Shown here in pieces: positions 1 to 7,678 of a DNA stretch of 64,000 bases. The DNA is from Patescibacteria group bacterium. GTDB taxonomy: Bacteria > Patescibacteriota > Patescibacteriia > XYB2-FULL-38-15. The translations under genes were made by a program, and so were the position numbers. Below the pieces are notes generated by a model. That model did not search any database and was not told where the DNA came from. It saw only the letters and a list, made by a program, of their open reading frames with translations. Each line of letters opens with the position of its first letter. Position 1 is the first letter of the stretch. The DNA lies in assembly GCA_041737355.1 (NCBI GenBank), contig JBGSRW010000010.1, forward strand, positions 3,935 through 67,934. Reading direction: 5' to 3'.

Positions 1-256
1 ACTCGGAACGCCGAGAATCGAGTATATGAGATATTGGCGGTATCAGAATAATCAGAACGACGAGCTTTTTGTTCCAGCCATAGTTTTCCCGGTAATAGAA
101 AAAACTCCGGCCGACGATTATTCAAACAAAGAAGCGGTCGTCATCCCTCTCGTCAAGGAAATTTTGGACAGCGTTACGGCTGAACAAAATATTGTTCCAA
201 CCCCGATGCCGCTTGATATAGTTGAACCGTCTCCGGCGGAAGAGGTGAAAAAGTAA
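1..256 (+). CDS. 3' end of hypothetical protein (partial, runs in from window start)
   Basis: Frame open from position 2 (LGTPRIEYMRYW...) to TAA 256, followed by a terminator. Confidence 0.7.
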   Translation, partial: LGTPRIEYMRYWRYQNNQNDELFVPAIVFPVIEKTPADDYSNKEAVVIPLVKEILDSVTAEQNIVPTPMPLDIVEPSPAEEVKK

Positions 257-273
257 AAATAAAAAAATAAAAT

Positions 274-303
274 AAGCGTCTCGCCCTTTGGGCGGGCGCT
301 TTT
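274..303 (+). terminator. intrinsic terminator
   Basis: AAGCGTCTCGCCC-TTT-GGGCGGGCGCTTTT hairpin after stop codon. Confidence 0.7.
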
Positions 304-434
304 ATATATGATAAAATAGAAGAAGGGAAGTTTTCGGCGGAAAATTTAATCAAAACATAATTTATAATGATAAAATGAAGCCATAAGGAGACAAGTGAGA
401 GTCTCCCGGCTCTTTTACAAGGAGGAAAAAAAAT

Positions 435-968
435 ATGCAAAACAGAAAACTATCCGTTCTTTTCGTTTTCGTCTTCGCGGCTCTTGCCCTCTCCGGATGG
501 AGTTGCGGCAACGGCTACGGCGTCAATAACAACGAACCGGAGACAAGTGGCGGTCCCCAGACCTATCAAAACAGCGAGTGGGGAGTAAGCTTCCAGTATC
601 CGGAAGGTTGGCAATACCGCGAGTACCGGGAAACAATCGAGGGTGCCGAAATTGTCACCTTGGCTTTTTCCGACACCTCGCTTCCCGAAACTTTGCCGCC
701 CGAACCGGTTTTCCCGATAATGGTTTCGCGCGATGTGAGAACAATCAGCGAAGCTGCCGTGGCGCACGCGGACGCCATCTCCATTAGCGACACAACCTTG
801 GGAGGAAGATCAGCTAAAATAGTTACGCGCTATTCTGAAATCTTGGAACAAAATTACAGCATATACCTTATAGCCCTGGGCAGCGGATCAATAAAATTTC
901 TGCCAATGGATACAAGGTATGTCTCCGTTGCTGAAAGCATGATCAACACCCTCACCGAGAGAGAGTAG
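435..968 (+). CDS. putative lipoprotein, PsbP-like domain
   Basis: Hydrophobic signal ending SGWSC; 'TYQNSEWGVSFQYPEGW' PsbP-like N-terminal motif; SD AAGGAGG upstream. Confidence 0.75.
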   Translation: MQNRKLSVLFVFVFAALALSGWSCGNGYGVNNNEPETSGGPQTYQNSEWGVSFQYPEGWQYREYRETIEGAEIVTLAFSDTSLPETLPPEPVFPIMVSRDVRTISEAAVAHADAISISDTTLGGRSAKIVTRYSEILEQNYSIYLIALGSGSIKFLPMDTRYVSVAESMINTLTERE

Positions 969-978
969 GAGATAGGCC

Positions 979-2271
979 GTGAAAAAAATATTGGTGAGCG
1001 CGTTGACTATTGTACTCTTTGCATTAATCCCTCGCCCGGTTTGGGCAGAGGGATTTCTGTACTTGCCGATTACCCGGACGCCGGTTATTACTGCCGGTTT
1101 CTGTGGCTACCGGACTGCCTCAGGCGCCTGTCACGGCGGAATTGACTACGACGTTCGCGATGATGGAGACGGAATTTACGCCGCCGCCGCAGGTGTCGTG
1201 GAAGCGGTAAGTGATGGTTGGTCAAATACGCGGCGAGATAATATTGTCAGCTACGGCAACTCGGTCCGTATCCGCCATCCAAACGGCTATCTGACTATCT
1301 ACGGCCATCTGAAAAGCGGCACTCTGCTTGTCCGGGTCGGCGACTATGTCCGGATCGGGTCGGCGCTCGGAGTCGGCGACAATTCGGGCTGGTCAACCGG
1401 ATCGCATCTTCATTTTGAAGTGCGCGATCCGGGAAACCACAAGGTTGACCCGTATGGAGAGAGCCCGAGTTATCCGAACTGCGGGGCGAATCCGCTTTGG
1501 GTAAATTGTCCGCCGCTTTCGCCCGACGACGTTGACCAGGACCGCGACGGATACAACCTGCTCGTTGACTGCGACGACCTTAACAGGAACATCTATCCCG
1601 GAGCGACGGAACTTTGCAACGGCGCTGACGAAAACTGCGATACGATTCCCGACGACCGCTGGGCGGCCCTTGGTATGGCCTGCGCCGTAACGCCCCTGCC
1701 TGGCTGCGAGCGGAGCGGAATCTACGAATGCAGTTCCGACGAAACAACAATCGTCTGCAACGCCGATCCGACAGTCGGTGCCGAACGGTGCAACGGAATC
1801 GACGACGACTGCGACGGGGAAACCGACGAGGATTGGCGGACCGGACTCGCGGTTGATCTCGGACGGCCCTGCGATGTCGGCGAAGGCGAATGCTTCCGGA
1901 CCGGCGTCTGGGAGTGCGAACCGGGCGGACGGGGAGTCGTCTGCGGCGCGGAATATGTTTACGGTACCGAAGAAATCTGCGACGGGCTTGATAACGACTG
2001 CGACGGCGACACGGACAATTTCTGTCTTTGCCGGACGGCAAGCCCGTACCCGAATTGCCTCTGCCGCGATTGCGACGCTTCCTGCGGTTACGGGAAAGTT
2101 TGCCTGATTGTCGGGTTTAATACCGACGGAAGCGTTATTCATACCTGCGCGTCAAACGGCTGCTACGGCTGTTCCGGTGCCTGCATTAACGATTATTGTC
2201 TTGATTCGCCGATGGATTATTGTATTGATTCAGCCTATTCTTTTTGCGGCAGCCATTGTCCCTCCTGGTAA
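979..2271 (+). CDS. secreted M23 family peptidase with C-terminal Cys/Asp-rich (MopE-like putative metal-binding) repeats
   Basis: Signal peptide; HGGID, YGHL, STGSHLHFEVR M23 motifs; three E-x-C-[ND]-G-x-D-x-x-C-D repeats. Confidence 0.85.
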   Translation: MKKILVSALTIVLFALIPRPVWAEGFLYLPITRTPVITAGFCGYRTASGACHGGIDYDVRDDGDGIYAAAAGVVEAVSDGWSNTRRDNIVSYGNSVRIRHPNGYLTIYGHLKSGTLLVRVGDYVRIGSALGVGDNSGWSTGSHLHFEVRDPGNHKVDPYGESPSYPNCGANPLWVNCPPLSPDDVDQDRDGYNLLVDCDDLNRNIYPGATELCNGADENCDTIPDDRWAALGMACAVTPLPGCERSGIYECSSDETTIVCNADPTVGAERCNGIDDDCDGETDEDWRTGLAVDLGRPCDVGEGECFRTGVWECEPGGRGVVCGAEYVYGTEEICDGLDNDCDGDTDNFCLCRTASPYPNCLCRDCDASCGYGKVCLIVGFNTDGSVIHTCASNGCYGCSGACINDYCLDSPMDYCIDSAYSFCGSHCPSW

Positions 2272-2284
2272 AATCAAAAAAAAC

Positions 2285-2317
2285 GCCAGCTCGCGTTACC
2301 GGGCTGGTTTTATTTTG
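2285..2317 (+). terminator. intrinsic terminator
   Basis: GCCAGCTCG...CGGGCTGGT hairpin plus T-rich tail. Confidence 0.6.
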
Positions 2318-2340
2318 TCATTTTTATGTTTTTAACGGGG

Positions 2341-2369
2341 TTGACAAAAACCGATTATAATGATAGTTT
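2341..2369 (+). promoter_or_regulatory. sigma70-type promoter of zinc-finger operon
   Basis: TTGACA-17 nt-TAGTTT with TG extension. Confidence 0.55.
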
Positions 2370-2413
2370 ATTTATATTATCGACAAGTTGAAAAAGAAGA
2401 AGGGAGGGGGAGA

Positions 2414-2638
2414 ATGAGAACCGAAAAGATCGCCTGTCCGCACTGCCACGGGCTCAAGAATTGCGCCTGTGAAGTTTGCGGATCCGGTCCCAAGGGGACA
2501 AAGAAGCTCGGGACTTGCCGGGTTTGTAATGGTCGGGGCTACGCGGGGATCGAAGTTTTTCCGCCGGAGGCGAAGAGCGATCCCGCGCGCGGCGAAAAGG
2601 ACAGGGGGGAGGCTTTGGAGGGAAGGGAGAAAAGATGA
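2414..2638 (+). CDS. small Cys-rich zinc-finger protein, paralog 1
   Basis: SD GGGAGGGG before ATG 2414; CPHCHG-x3-CACEVC...GTCRVCNGRG. Confidence 0.8.
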   Translation: MRTEKIACPHCHGLKNCACEVCGSGPKGTKKLGTCRVCNGRGYAGIEVFPPEAKSDPARGEKDRGEALEGREKR

Positions 2639-2835
2639 GAGTGACAAAAGACGTCGGGGGCGTGGGGTTCTGCAACCATTGCAAGGGACGCAAGACCTGC
2701 AGCTGCGACATCTGCGTCCAGCAGGGCGGAACCTGCGGGCAATGCGGCGGCCTCGGACACTTCGTCAAGGCCAGTCCGCCTCTCCCGCCGGAGTTCAGGG
2801 TCAGGACCGAGACCGCCGGTAAGAACAAGAAATAG
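2635..2835 (+). CDS. small Cys-rich zinc-finger protein, paralog 2
   Basis: ATGA overlap with previous gene; CNHCKG-x3-CSCDIC...GTCGQCGGLG. Confidence 0.8.
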   Translation: MRVTKDVGGVGFCNHCKGRKTCSCDICVQQGGTCGQCGGLGHFVKASPPLPPEFRVRTETAGKNKK

Positions 2836-2884
2836 CCGGCTTCCGCGTCTTCGGGTTCCAAAGGGGAGAGAAAGGACAGGGAAA

Positions 2885-3097
2885 TTGGCGAAGAAATGGA
2901 TTGCCTGCCCGCACTGTCATGGCGGGAAGATCTGCGAGTGCGAAGGATGTCGGAGTGAATCTCCGAAAGGATTTTTGCCCGGTCTTTGCCGCGGCTGTTC
3001 TGGGAGCGGAGGCCACTGGGCGATTGTTCCCGAGGGGAATGACCGGTTCTCGCGCGTCGCGGAAGTCGATGACGACGGAGGCAACAAGGCGAGCTAG
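2885..3097 (+). CDS. small Cys-rich zinc-finger protein, paralog 3
   Basis: TTG start after purine-rich leader; CPHCHG-x3-CECEGC...GLCRGCSGSG. Confidence 0.8.
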   Translation: MAKKWIACPHCHGGKICECEGCRSESPKGFLPGLCRGCSGSGGHWAIVPEGNDRFSRVAEVDDDGGNKAS

Positions 3098-3119
3098 GCA
3101 GCCGGGCCGGAGGTAAGAA

Positions 3120-3335
3120 ATGAAAGGCAGCTGGGTTCGCTGCAGACATTGTTCCGGTAACAGAAGTTGCGACTGCCATGAGTGCCGTTCGCCCCGCGGC
3201 AAGGGTTTCGAGGCGGGCATCTGCCGGTACTGCGAAGGTCTGGGCGGCGACTGGAAGGGTAACGGTCCGCAAAGTCCGCGGCTCATCGCGCCGCGCCGTC
3301 CGGCCAGACATCTGCCCGATCGTCCGAAAAGGTAG
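3120..3335 (+). CDS. small Cys-rich zinc-finger protein, paralog 4
   Basis: SD GGAGGT; CRHCSG-x3-CDCHEC...GICRYCEGLG. Confidence 0.8.
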   Translation: MKGSWVRCRHCSGNRSCDCHECRSPRGKGFEAGICRYCEGLGGDWKGNGPQSPRLIAPRRPARHLPDRPKR

Positions 3336-3381
3336 GAGGCCGAAAAAAGTAGGAGGGAAGTAAAACAACTTGTCGTGTCGT

Positions 3382-3412
3382 GCGCCTCGGGCAATGCTCG
3401 CGGCGCTTTTTT
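3382..3412 (+). terminator. intrinsic terminator of zinc-finger operon
   Basis: GCGCCTCGGGCA-A-TGCTCGCGGCGC followed by TTTTTT. Confidence 0.65.
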
Positions 3413-3471
3413 ATTAACTGGCCCGAAATTTTGAAGCCGCAGGCGAACAAAATTCCGTTGGCAGTTAATAA
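3411..3471. repeat. 61-nt imperfect inverted repeat
   Basis: TTATTAACTG/CAGTTAATAA perfect 10-bp ends enclosing CGAAATTTTG/CAAAATTCCG and GCC-GCA-GGC. Confidence 0.7.
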
Positions 3472-3623
3472 CTCCGCTCCAATTTTGCTCCAATAAAAAG
3501 TTTTGCAAGAATAATAAAAAAAGTTGTTCATGTTTCGCGAAGCGCGGGCGCGAATAGCGCGTCCCGTTACGGGCGCAGCGCTTCGCCGGGAATCTAATCG
3601 CAAAATTGAGGCCGGGGTTTTTC

Positions 3624-3652
3624 TTGACAATATAAGATTTTTATATTATAAA
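3624..3652 (+). promoter_or_regulatory. sigma70-type promoter
   Basis: TTGACA-17 nt-TATAAA. Confidence 0.65.
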
Positions 3653-3684
3653 GAACTGAAACAGCAGGGAAGGGAGTAAGAAAG

Positions 3685-3942
3685 ATGAGGCCGATCCGAA
3701 TTGTCACGCTCGCCCAGCCCAAAGGGGTAAGGTACCGGGAGGACGAAGAAATCAGGAGCATTGTCGGTATTCACGCCGGGTGCGGCGGGGAATTTTGCCT
3801 GGTCTACTTTTCAAGCGGCTGGTCCGAGCTCGTCTGCCGGTGCGGTATCCGCTTCAAGGTTCCGGCAAGGCGGATGACCTACCGCGAGCTCAGGTTCTTC
3901 TTCGAGGGGTCAAAACCGCTGCGGCGAAGGAGGAAGCGATGA
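3685..3942 (+). CDS. small hypothetical protein, H/C zinc-ribbon-like (paralog A)
   Basis: Purine-rich SD; HAGCGGEF...LVCRCG...ELR. Confidence 0.7.
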   Translation: MRPIRIVTLAQPKGVRYREDEEIRSIVGIHAGCGGEFCLVYFSSGWSELVCRCGIRFKVPARRMTYRELRFFFEGSKPLRRRRKR

Positions 3943-4205
3943 AATCGATTCCTCTCACCAATACCGGCGAGATGCTCATTCCCTCCGAAGAATCGGAGTT
4001 GACCGACGACAGCGAACTCCGGGACGGCATGGGTCTCGGGCGGCACGACTGGAAGGGCTGCGCCGGCGGCGAGTTTCAGATCTACGAGGTGATCAGCGGC
4101 TGGACCCTGACCTGCATGGGTTGTGGCATGCAGCGGCAGATTCCGCGCGAGGTCAAAACCGTCGGAGAGCTCCGCGCTTACGCGGAAGAATTTTTCAAGG
4201 AGTGA
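3939..4205 (+). CDS. small hypothetical protein, H/C zinc-ribbon-like (paralog B)
   Basis: SD AAGGAGG, ATGA overlap at 3939; HDWKGCAGGEF...LTCMGCG...ELR. Confidence 0.75.
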   Translation: MKSIPLTNTGEMLIPSEESELTDDSELRDGMGLGRHDWKGCAGGEFQIYEVISGWTLTCMGCGMQRQIPREVKTVGELRAYAEEFFKE

Positions 4206-4219
4206 GTCGAGGAGGCCTC

Positions 4220-4251
4220 GAGACTGTCGAAGCGGCAGTCTCTATTTTTTT
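4220..4251 (+). terminator. intrinsic terminator
   Basis: GAGACTGTCG-AAG-CGGCAGTCTC plus T-tract. Confidence 0.65.
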
Positions 4252-4318
4252 ACAAAAAATAAAAAAAATAAAACCGCGAAAAGTTTTTCGCGGTCGTGAG
4301 TGATCTCCTTTTCCGGAT

Positions 4319-4645
4319 TCAGCCTTTCTTCTCCGGGAGCCGCTGTCCACAGGCCGGGCAGAATCCCGCCGCCCGCGCTTTTGCGGCCCAGGCCAGCTTC
4401 TCCGCCTCTTCTTCTGCCAGGCTCCCGCCGGGGTGGTGCAGGTTGTCGTTGTTGCAGAACGGGCAGTTAGTCAGGTATTGTCCGTAGCCGACCTCGCCGC
4501 CGTGTTGGGTTTCCCGTTTCTCGAACCCGCAATGTGGACAGATGAAGCGGTAGTCGTCGAAGATCTGCCGAGTGAGGCTCGTGTCTGCCTCGCGATAATA
4601 GCATTCGCCCATCTCGCCGCATTCCGGACACTTTGCCTTTGCCAT
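4319..4645 (-). CDS. small protein with four CxxC motifs (double zinc ribbon)
   Basis: ATG at 4645 after GAGGAGG; CPEC, CPHC, CPFC, CPAC. Confidence 0.75.
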   Translation of the reverse strand: MAKAKCPECGEMGECYYREADTSLTRQIFDDYRFICPHCGFEKRETQHGGEVGYGQYLTNCPFCNNDNLHHPGGSLAEEEAEKLAWAAKARAAGFCPACGQRLPEKKG

Positions 4646-4646
4646 C

Positions 4647-4967
4647 TTACCTTTCCTCCTCGCCCTTTCCTTTGGGCGGGAAATATCCCCGGCCGCCGCC
4701 GTTCGGCAGAAGAAAAGAAATCGTCCCGTCATCGGCCGTTTCGACCGGCGTGTTCTTGCCGAGCATGAAAGTCTGGTTCGGAAGATTCTTCCATGGCCCC
4801 CGCTCGGCTTCGAATTGCCGGGCGTAATTGACGAGCAGAAAGTGGACAAGAATTCCTTCGGTCCAGACCCGCTTTACGGTTCCCCGCCAGGCGTATCCGG
4901 TCGTGTCGTGGATTTTCAGAGCCCGGCCGCAGAGTCCTCTCCGGCCGAGAAGTTCTTCGAGTGTCAT
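4647..4967 (-). CDS. hypothetical protein
   Basis: SD AAGGAGG; minus-strand TTGACA (5022-5017)...TAAACT promoter; abuts downstream gene. Confidence 0.7.
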   Translation of the reverse strand: MTLEELLGRRGLCGRALKIHDTTGYAWRGTVKRVWTEGILVHFLLVNYARQFEAERGPWKNLPNQTFMLGKNTPVETADDGTISFLLPNGGGRGYFPPKGKGEEER

Positions 4968-5052
4968 TCCCGGCCTCCTTTCAAACCTCGGTTAAGTTTA
5001 ACTTTTTAAGTCAATTTGTCAAGGTACCAAGTTTCTGCGATAATATGGGAAG

Positions 5053-5850
5053 ATGGAAAACATCATTGAAGTAAAAAATTTGGTAAAAAAATACAACGGT
5101 CTCGCCGCGGTGGACGGGATTTCTTTTGGCGTGGCGCCCGGAGAAATTTTTGCTTTTTTGGGGCCAAACGGCGCCGGGAAAACCACAACCATCAAGATGC
5201 TCACAACTCTCCTGCATCCGAGTTCCGGCGAAATGCTGATGAACGGTTTTGACCCGATGAAGGAAGAAGACAAGGTCAGGCAATCGTTCGGAATTGTTTT
5301 TCAGGATCCGAGCCTGGACGACGAACTCACGGCTTACGAGAACATGTATTTTCACGCCGTCTTGTATAAAACTCCGAAGGCCGGGCGGGCCGAACGGATA
5401 AAACAGCTTTTGGAATTCGTCGAACTCTTTGACCGAAGAGGCGATCTGGTCAAAAAGTTTTCCGGCGGGATGAAACGGCGTCTGGAAATCGCCCGCGGCC
5501 TGTTGCACCATCCGAAAATTTTGTTTTTGGACGAACCGACGCTTGGCCTCGATCCCCAGACAAGCAACGCCATCTGGCAGTACGTAAAAAATATGCGGGA
5601 GACGGAGGGGACAACCGTTTTTTTCACGACCCATTACATGGCCGAAGCCGAACGGGTCGCCGACCGCGTTGCGATTATTGATCATGGAAAAATCGTCGCC
5701 CAAGGAACCGTTCCCGAACTTTTGGCTTCCACCAAAACCGATAATCTGGAAGACGCTTTTCTTTCGCTCACAGGAAAAAAGTTAAGGGACAGCGAAGCGA
5801 CAGGAGCCGATAATTTGCGGGAAGGCCGGGCCATGTGGCACCGGAGATAA
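5053..5850 (+). CDS. ABC-2 type exporter ATP-binding protein (DrrA-like)
   Basis: GPNGAGKT Walker A, FSGGM signature, LFLDEPT Walker B. Confidence 0.95.
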   Translation: MENIIEVKNLVKKYNGLAAVDGISFGVAPGEIFAFLGPNGAGKTTTIKMLTTLLHPSSGEMLMNGFDPMKEEDKVRQSFGIVFQDPSLDDELTAYENMYFHAVLYKTPKAGRAERIKQLLEFVELFDRRGDLVKKFSGGMKRRLEIARGLLHHPKILFLDEPTLGLDPQTSNAIWQYVKNMRETEGTTVFFTTHYMAEAERVADRVAIIDHGKIVAQGTVPELLASTKTDNLEDAFLSLTGKKLRDSEATGADNLREGRAMWHRR

Positions 5851-5857
5851 AAATTTT

Positions 5858-6604
5858 ATGTCGACTATCTATATATTGTGGTTAAGACAACTTAAAAGAT
5901 ATTTGCGTTCGCGCTCAAGAATTATCGGGTCGCTCGGCCAGCCGCTTTTGTTTTTGGTGGCGCTCGGTTTCGGTTTCGGTCCGATTTACGAACGGGCCGG
6001 AGCGGGAAATTATCTGCAGTTTTTGGTTCCGGGAGTCGTCGCCATGAGCGTTCTTTTTACGGCGATGTTTTCGGGAATCGAAGTTATCTGGGACCGCCAG
6101 TTCGGATTTTTGAAAGAAACTCTGGTCGCCCCGGTTTCGCGCCTCCGGATTATGATCGGCCGGACCTTGGGCGGAGCAACGGTCGCGACTCTTCAGGGAG
6201 TGATCGTTTTTTTTCTTTCGTTTTTTGTCGGTTTCCGTCCGGCCTCATGGGCCTACGTTCCCCTGGCGTTTCTTTTTATGTTTTTGCTCGCGGCAATCTT
6301 TACCGCTCTCGGCACGGCTATCGCCTCAAAGATGTCGGACATGCACGGTTTCCAGCTCATCATGAATTTTCTGATCATGCCGATTTTTTTCCTTTCCGGG
6401 GCGCTTTTTCCTTTGGATGGCCTGCCTAAAATTATTGCTTCGGTCACATCGGCCAACCCGCTTTCCTACGGAGTCGATGCCCTGCGGGGGACGCTCAGCC
6501 TGCAATCCCATTTCGGTATCGGGACGGACGCGATTGTTCTTTCCGCCGCCGCAGTCGTTCTTTTAACCCTGGGCGGATATTTGTTTTCAAAAATTGAAGT
6601 GTAA
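5858..6604 (+). CDS. ABC-2 type transporter permease
   Basis: Multiple TM segments; DRQFGFLKETLVAP and NPLSYGVDALR motifs; follows the ATPase. Confidence 0.93.
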   Translation: MSTIYILWLRQLKRYLRSRSRIIGSLGQPLLFLVALGFGFGPIYERAGAGNYLQFLVPGVVAMSVLFTAMFSGIEVIWDRQFGFLKETLVAPVSRLRIMIGRTLGGATVATLQGVIVFFLSFFVGFRPASWAYVPLAFLFMFLLAAIFTALGTAIASKMSDMHGFQLIMNFLIMPIFFLSGALFPLDGLPKIIASVTSANPLSYGVDALRGTLSLQSHFGIGTDAIVLSAAAVVLLTLGGYLFSKIEV

Positions 6605-6614
6605 AATAAAAGTT

Positions 6615-7634
6615 ATGAAAAAAATATTCTTAATTTTTGCCGCAATTTTTTTTATAATTTTTTCGTGTATCGGTTTTCTGCCGCGGGTCTCCTTTGCCGC
6701 GGAAACGAGGCCGATTTTTTTTCCGACCGATCCGTCCGTAACTTTTACCGACAGTTTTGGCGATGCCCGTTACGGCCATTCGCACGAGGGGATTGATCTC
6801 ATGGGCCAAAAAATGATGCCGCTCTACTCGGCAATCGACGGGCAAGTCAGCTACATCGTTGATCCCGAAGCCGATTACGGCTATTCGGTTGTTTTGCGGG
6901 ACAGCGACGGCTACTCCTATCATTATTTGCATGTTAACAACGATACGCCGGGGACCGACGACGGTTTGGGCGGGACGGCCAATGCCTACGCCCCGGGGAT
7001 TGTCCACGGCGCAACGGTTAGCAAGGGCCAGCTTATCGGCTGGATGGGGGACAGCGGCAATGCCGAAAATGCCGGGCCTCATTTGCATTTTGAAATCCGC
7101 CTGCCCGACGGTACGGCGATCGATCCATACTTAAGTCTTGTGGCCGCCCGCTATCCCGGCAGTTACAGCCTTGCCGAGGCTCTTGCCGCAAGTCCCGACA
7201 TTAATGCCGACAAAAGTCTTTTAACCGGCCCCTCGCCGGCGCCCTGCGTTTCCGGCTCGAGACTGAAGACTTCGACCTCGACCGCGGTTTATTACTGCGG
7301 AGCCGACGGCCGGCGCTATCTTTTCCCGAACAACAAAACATATTTTACCTGGTATGCAAACTTTACCGGAGTTCTTACCATTACCTCCGCCCAACTTTCG
7401 GCGATTCCTTTCGGAGGCAACGTCACTTTTCGTCCGGGCGTGAAAATGGTAAAAATGCAGACCGATCCGAAAGTTTACGCCGTGGGGCAGGGCGGAGTTC
7501 TGCGCTGGGTAAAGTCCGATGAGACCGCTGTCGCCCTTTACGGAGCCGACTGGGCCAAGAAAATTGACGATGTTCCCGAAGCCTTTTTTACCAATTATGT
7601 CATCGGCGAGCCGGTTCTTTCGGTTCGTTTATAA
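6615..7634 (+). CDS. secreted M23 family peptidase with C-terminal CPR-type repeat domain
   Basis: Signal peptide; HEGID, YLHV, GPHLHFEIR; C-terminal 'AVYY..ADGRRYLFPN..TYFTWY...KVYAV...LRWV...LYG.DW' domain. Confidence 0.88.
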   Translation: MKKIFLIFAAIFFIIFSCIGFLPRVSFAAETRPIFFPTDPSVTFTDSFGDARYGHSHEGIDLMGQKMMPLYSAIDGQVSYIVDPEADYGYSVVLRDSDGYSYHYLHVNNDTPGTDDGLGGTANAYAPGIVHGATVSKGQLIGWMGDSGNAENAGPHLHFEIRLPDGTAIDPYLSLVAARYPGSYSLAEALAASPDINADKSLLTGPSPAPCVSGSRLKTSTSTAVYYCGADGRRYLFPNNKTYFTWYANFTGVLTITSAQLSAIPFGGNVTFRPGVKMVKMQTDPKVYAVGQGGVLRWVKSDETAVALYGADWAKKIDDVPEAFFTNYVIGEPVLSVRL

Positions 7635-7649
7635 ATCAAAAATTAGCCC

Positions 7650-7678
7650 TTGACACTTTCCCGTTTTTCCGCTATAAT
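7650..7678 (+). promoter_or_regulatory. perfect consensus sigma70 promoter
   Basis: TTGACA-17 nt-TATAAT. Confidence 0.85.

Noticed and set aside
2414-3097. CPHCH in two mini-proteins read as c-type heme (CxxCH) motifs
   Set aside because: No signal peptides, the His after the second Cys is not conserved in the other two paralogs, and no cytochrome c maturation genes are visible
2414-3335. Cys-rich peptides as RiPP precursors (ranthipeptide/lanthipeptide)
   Set aside because: No leader/core organisation and no radical SAM, LanM or YcaO enzyme nearby; Cys spacing fits zinc fingers
2454-3508. Long minus-strand ORFs (304 aa, 235 aa) over the zinc-finger operon
   Set aside because: Shadow frames of GC-rich sequence; the plus-strand ORFs have SDs, a shared motif, a promoter and a terminator
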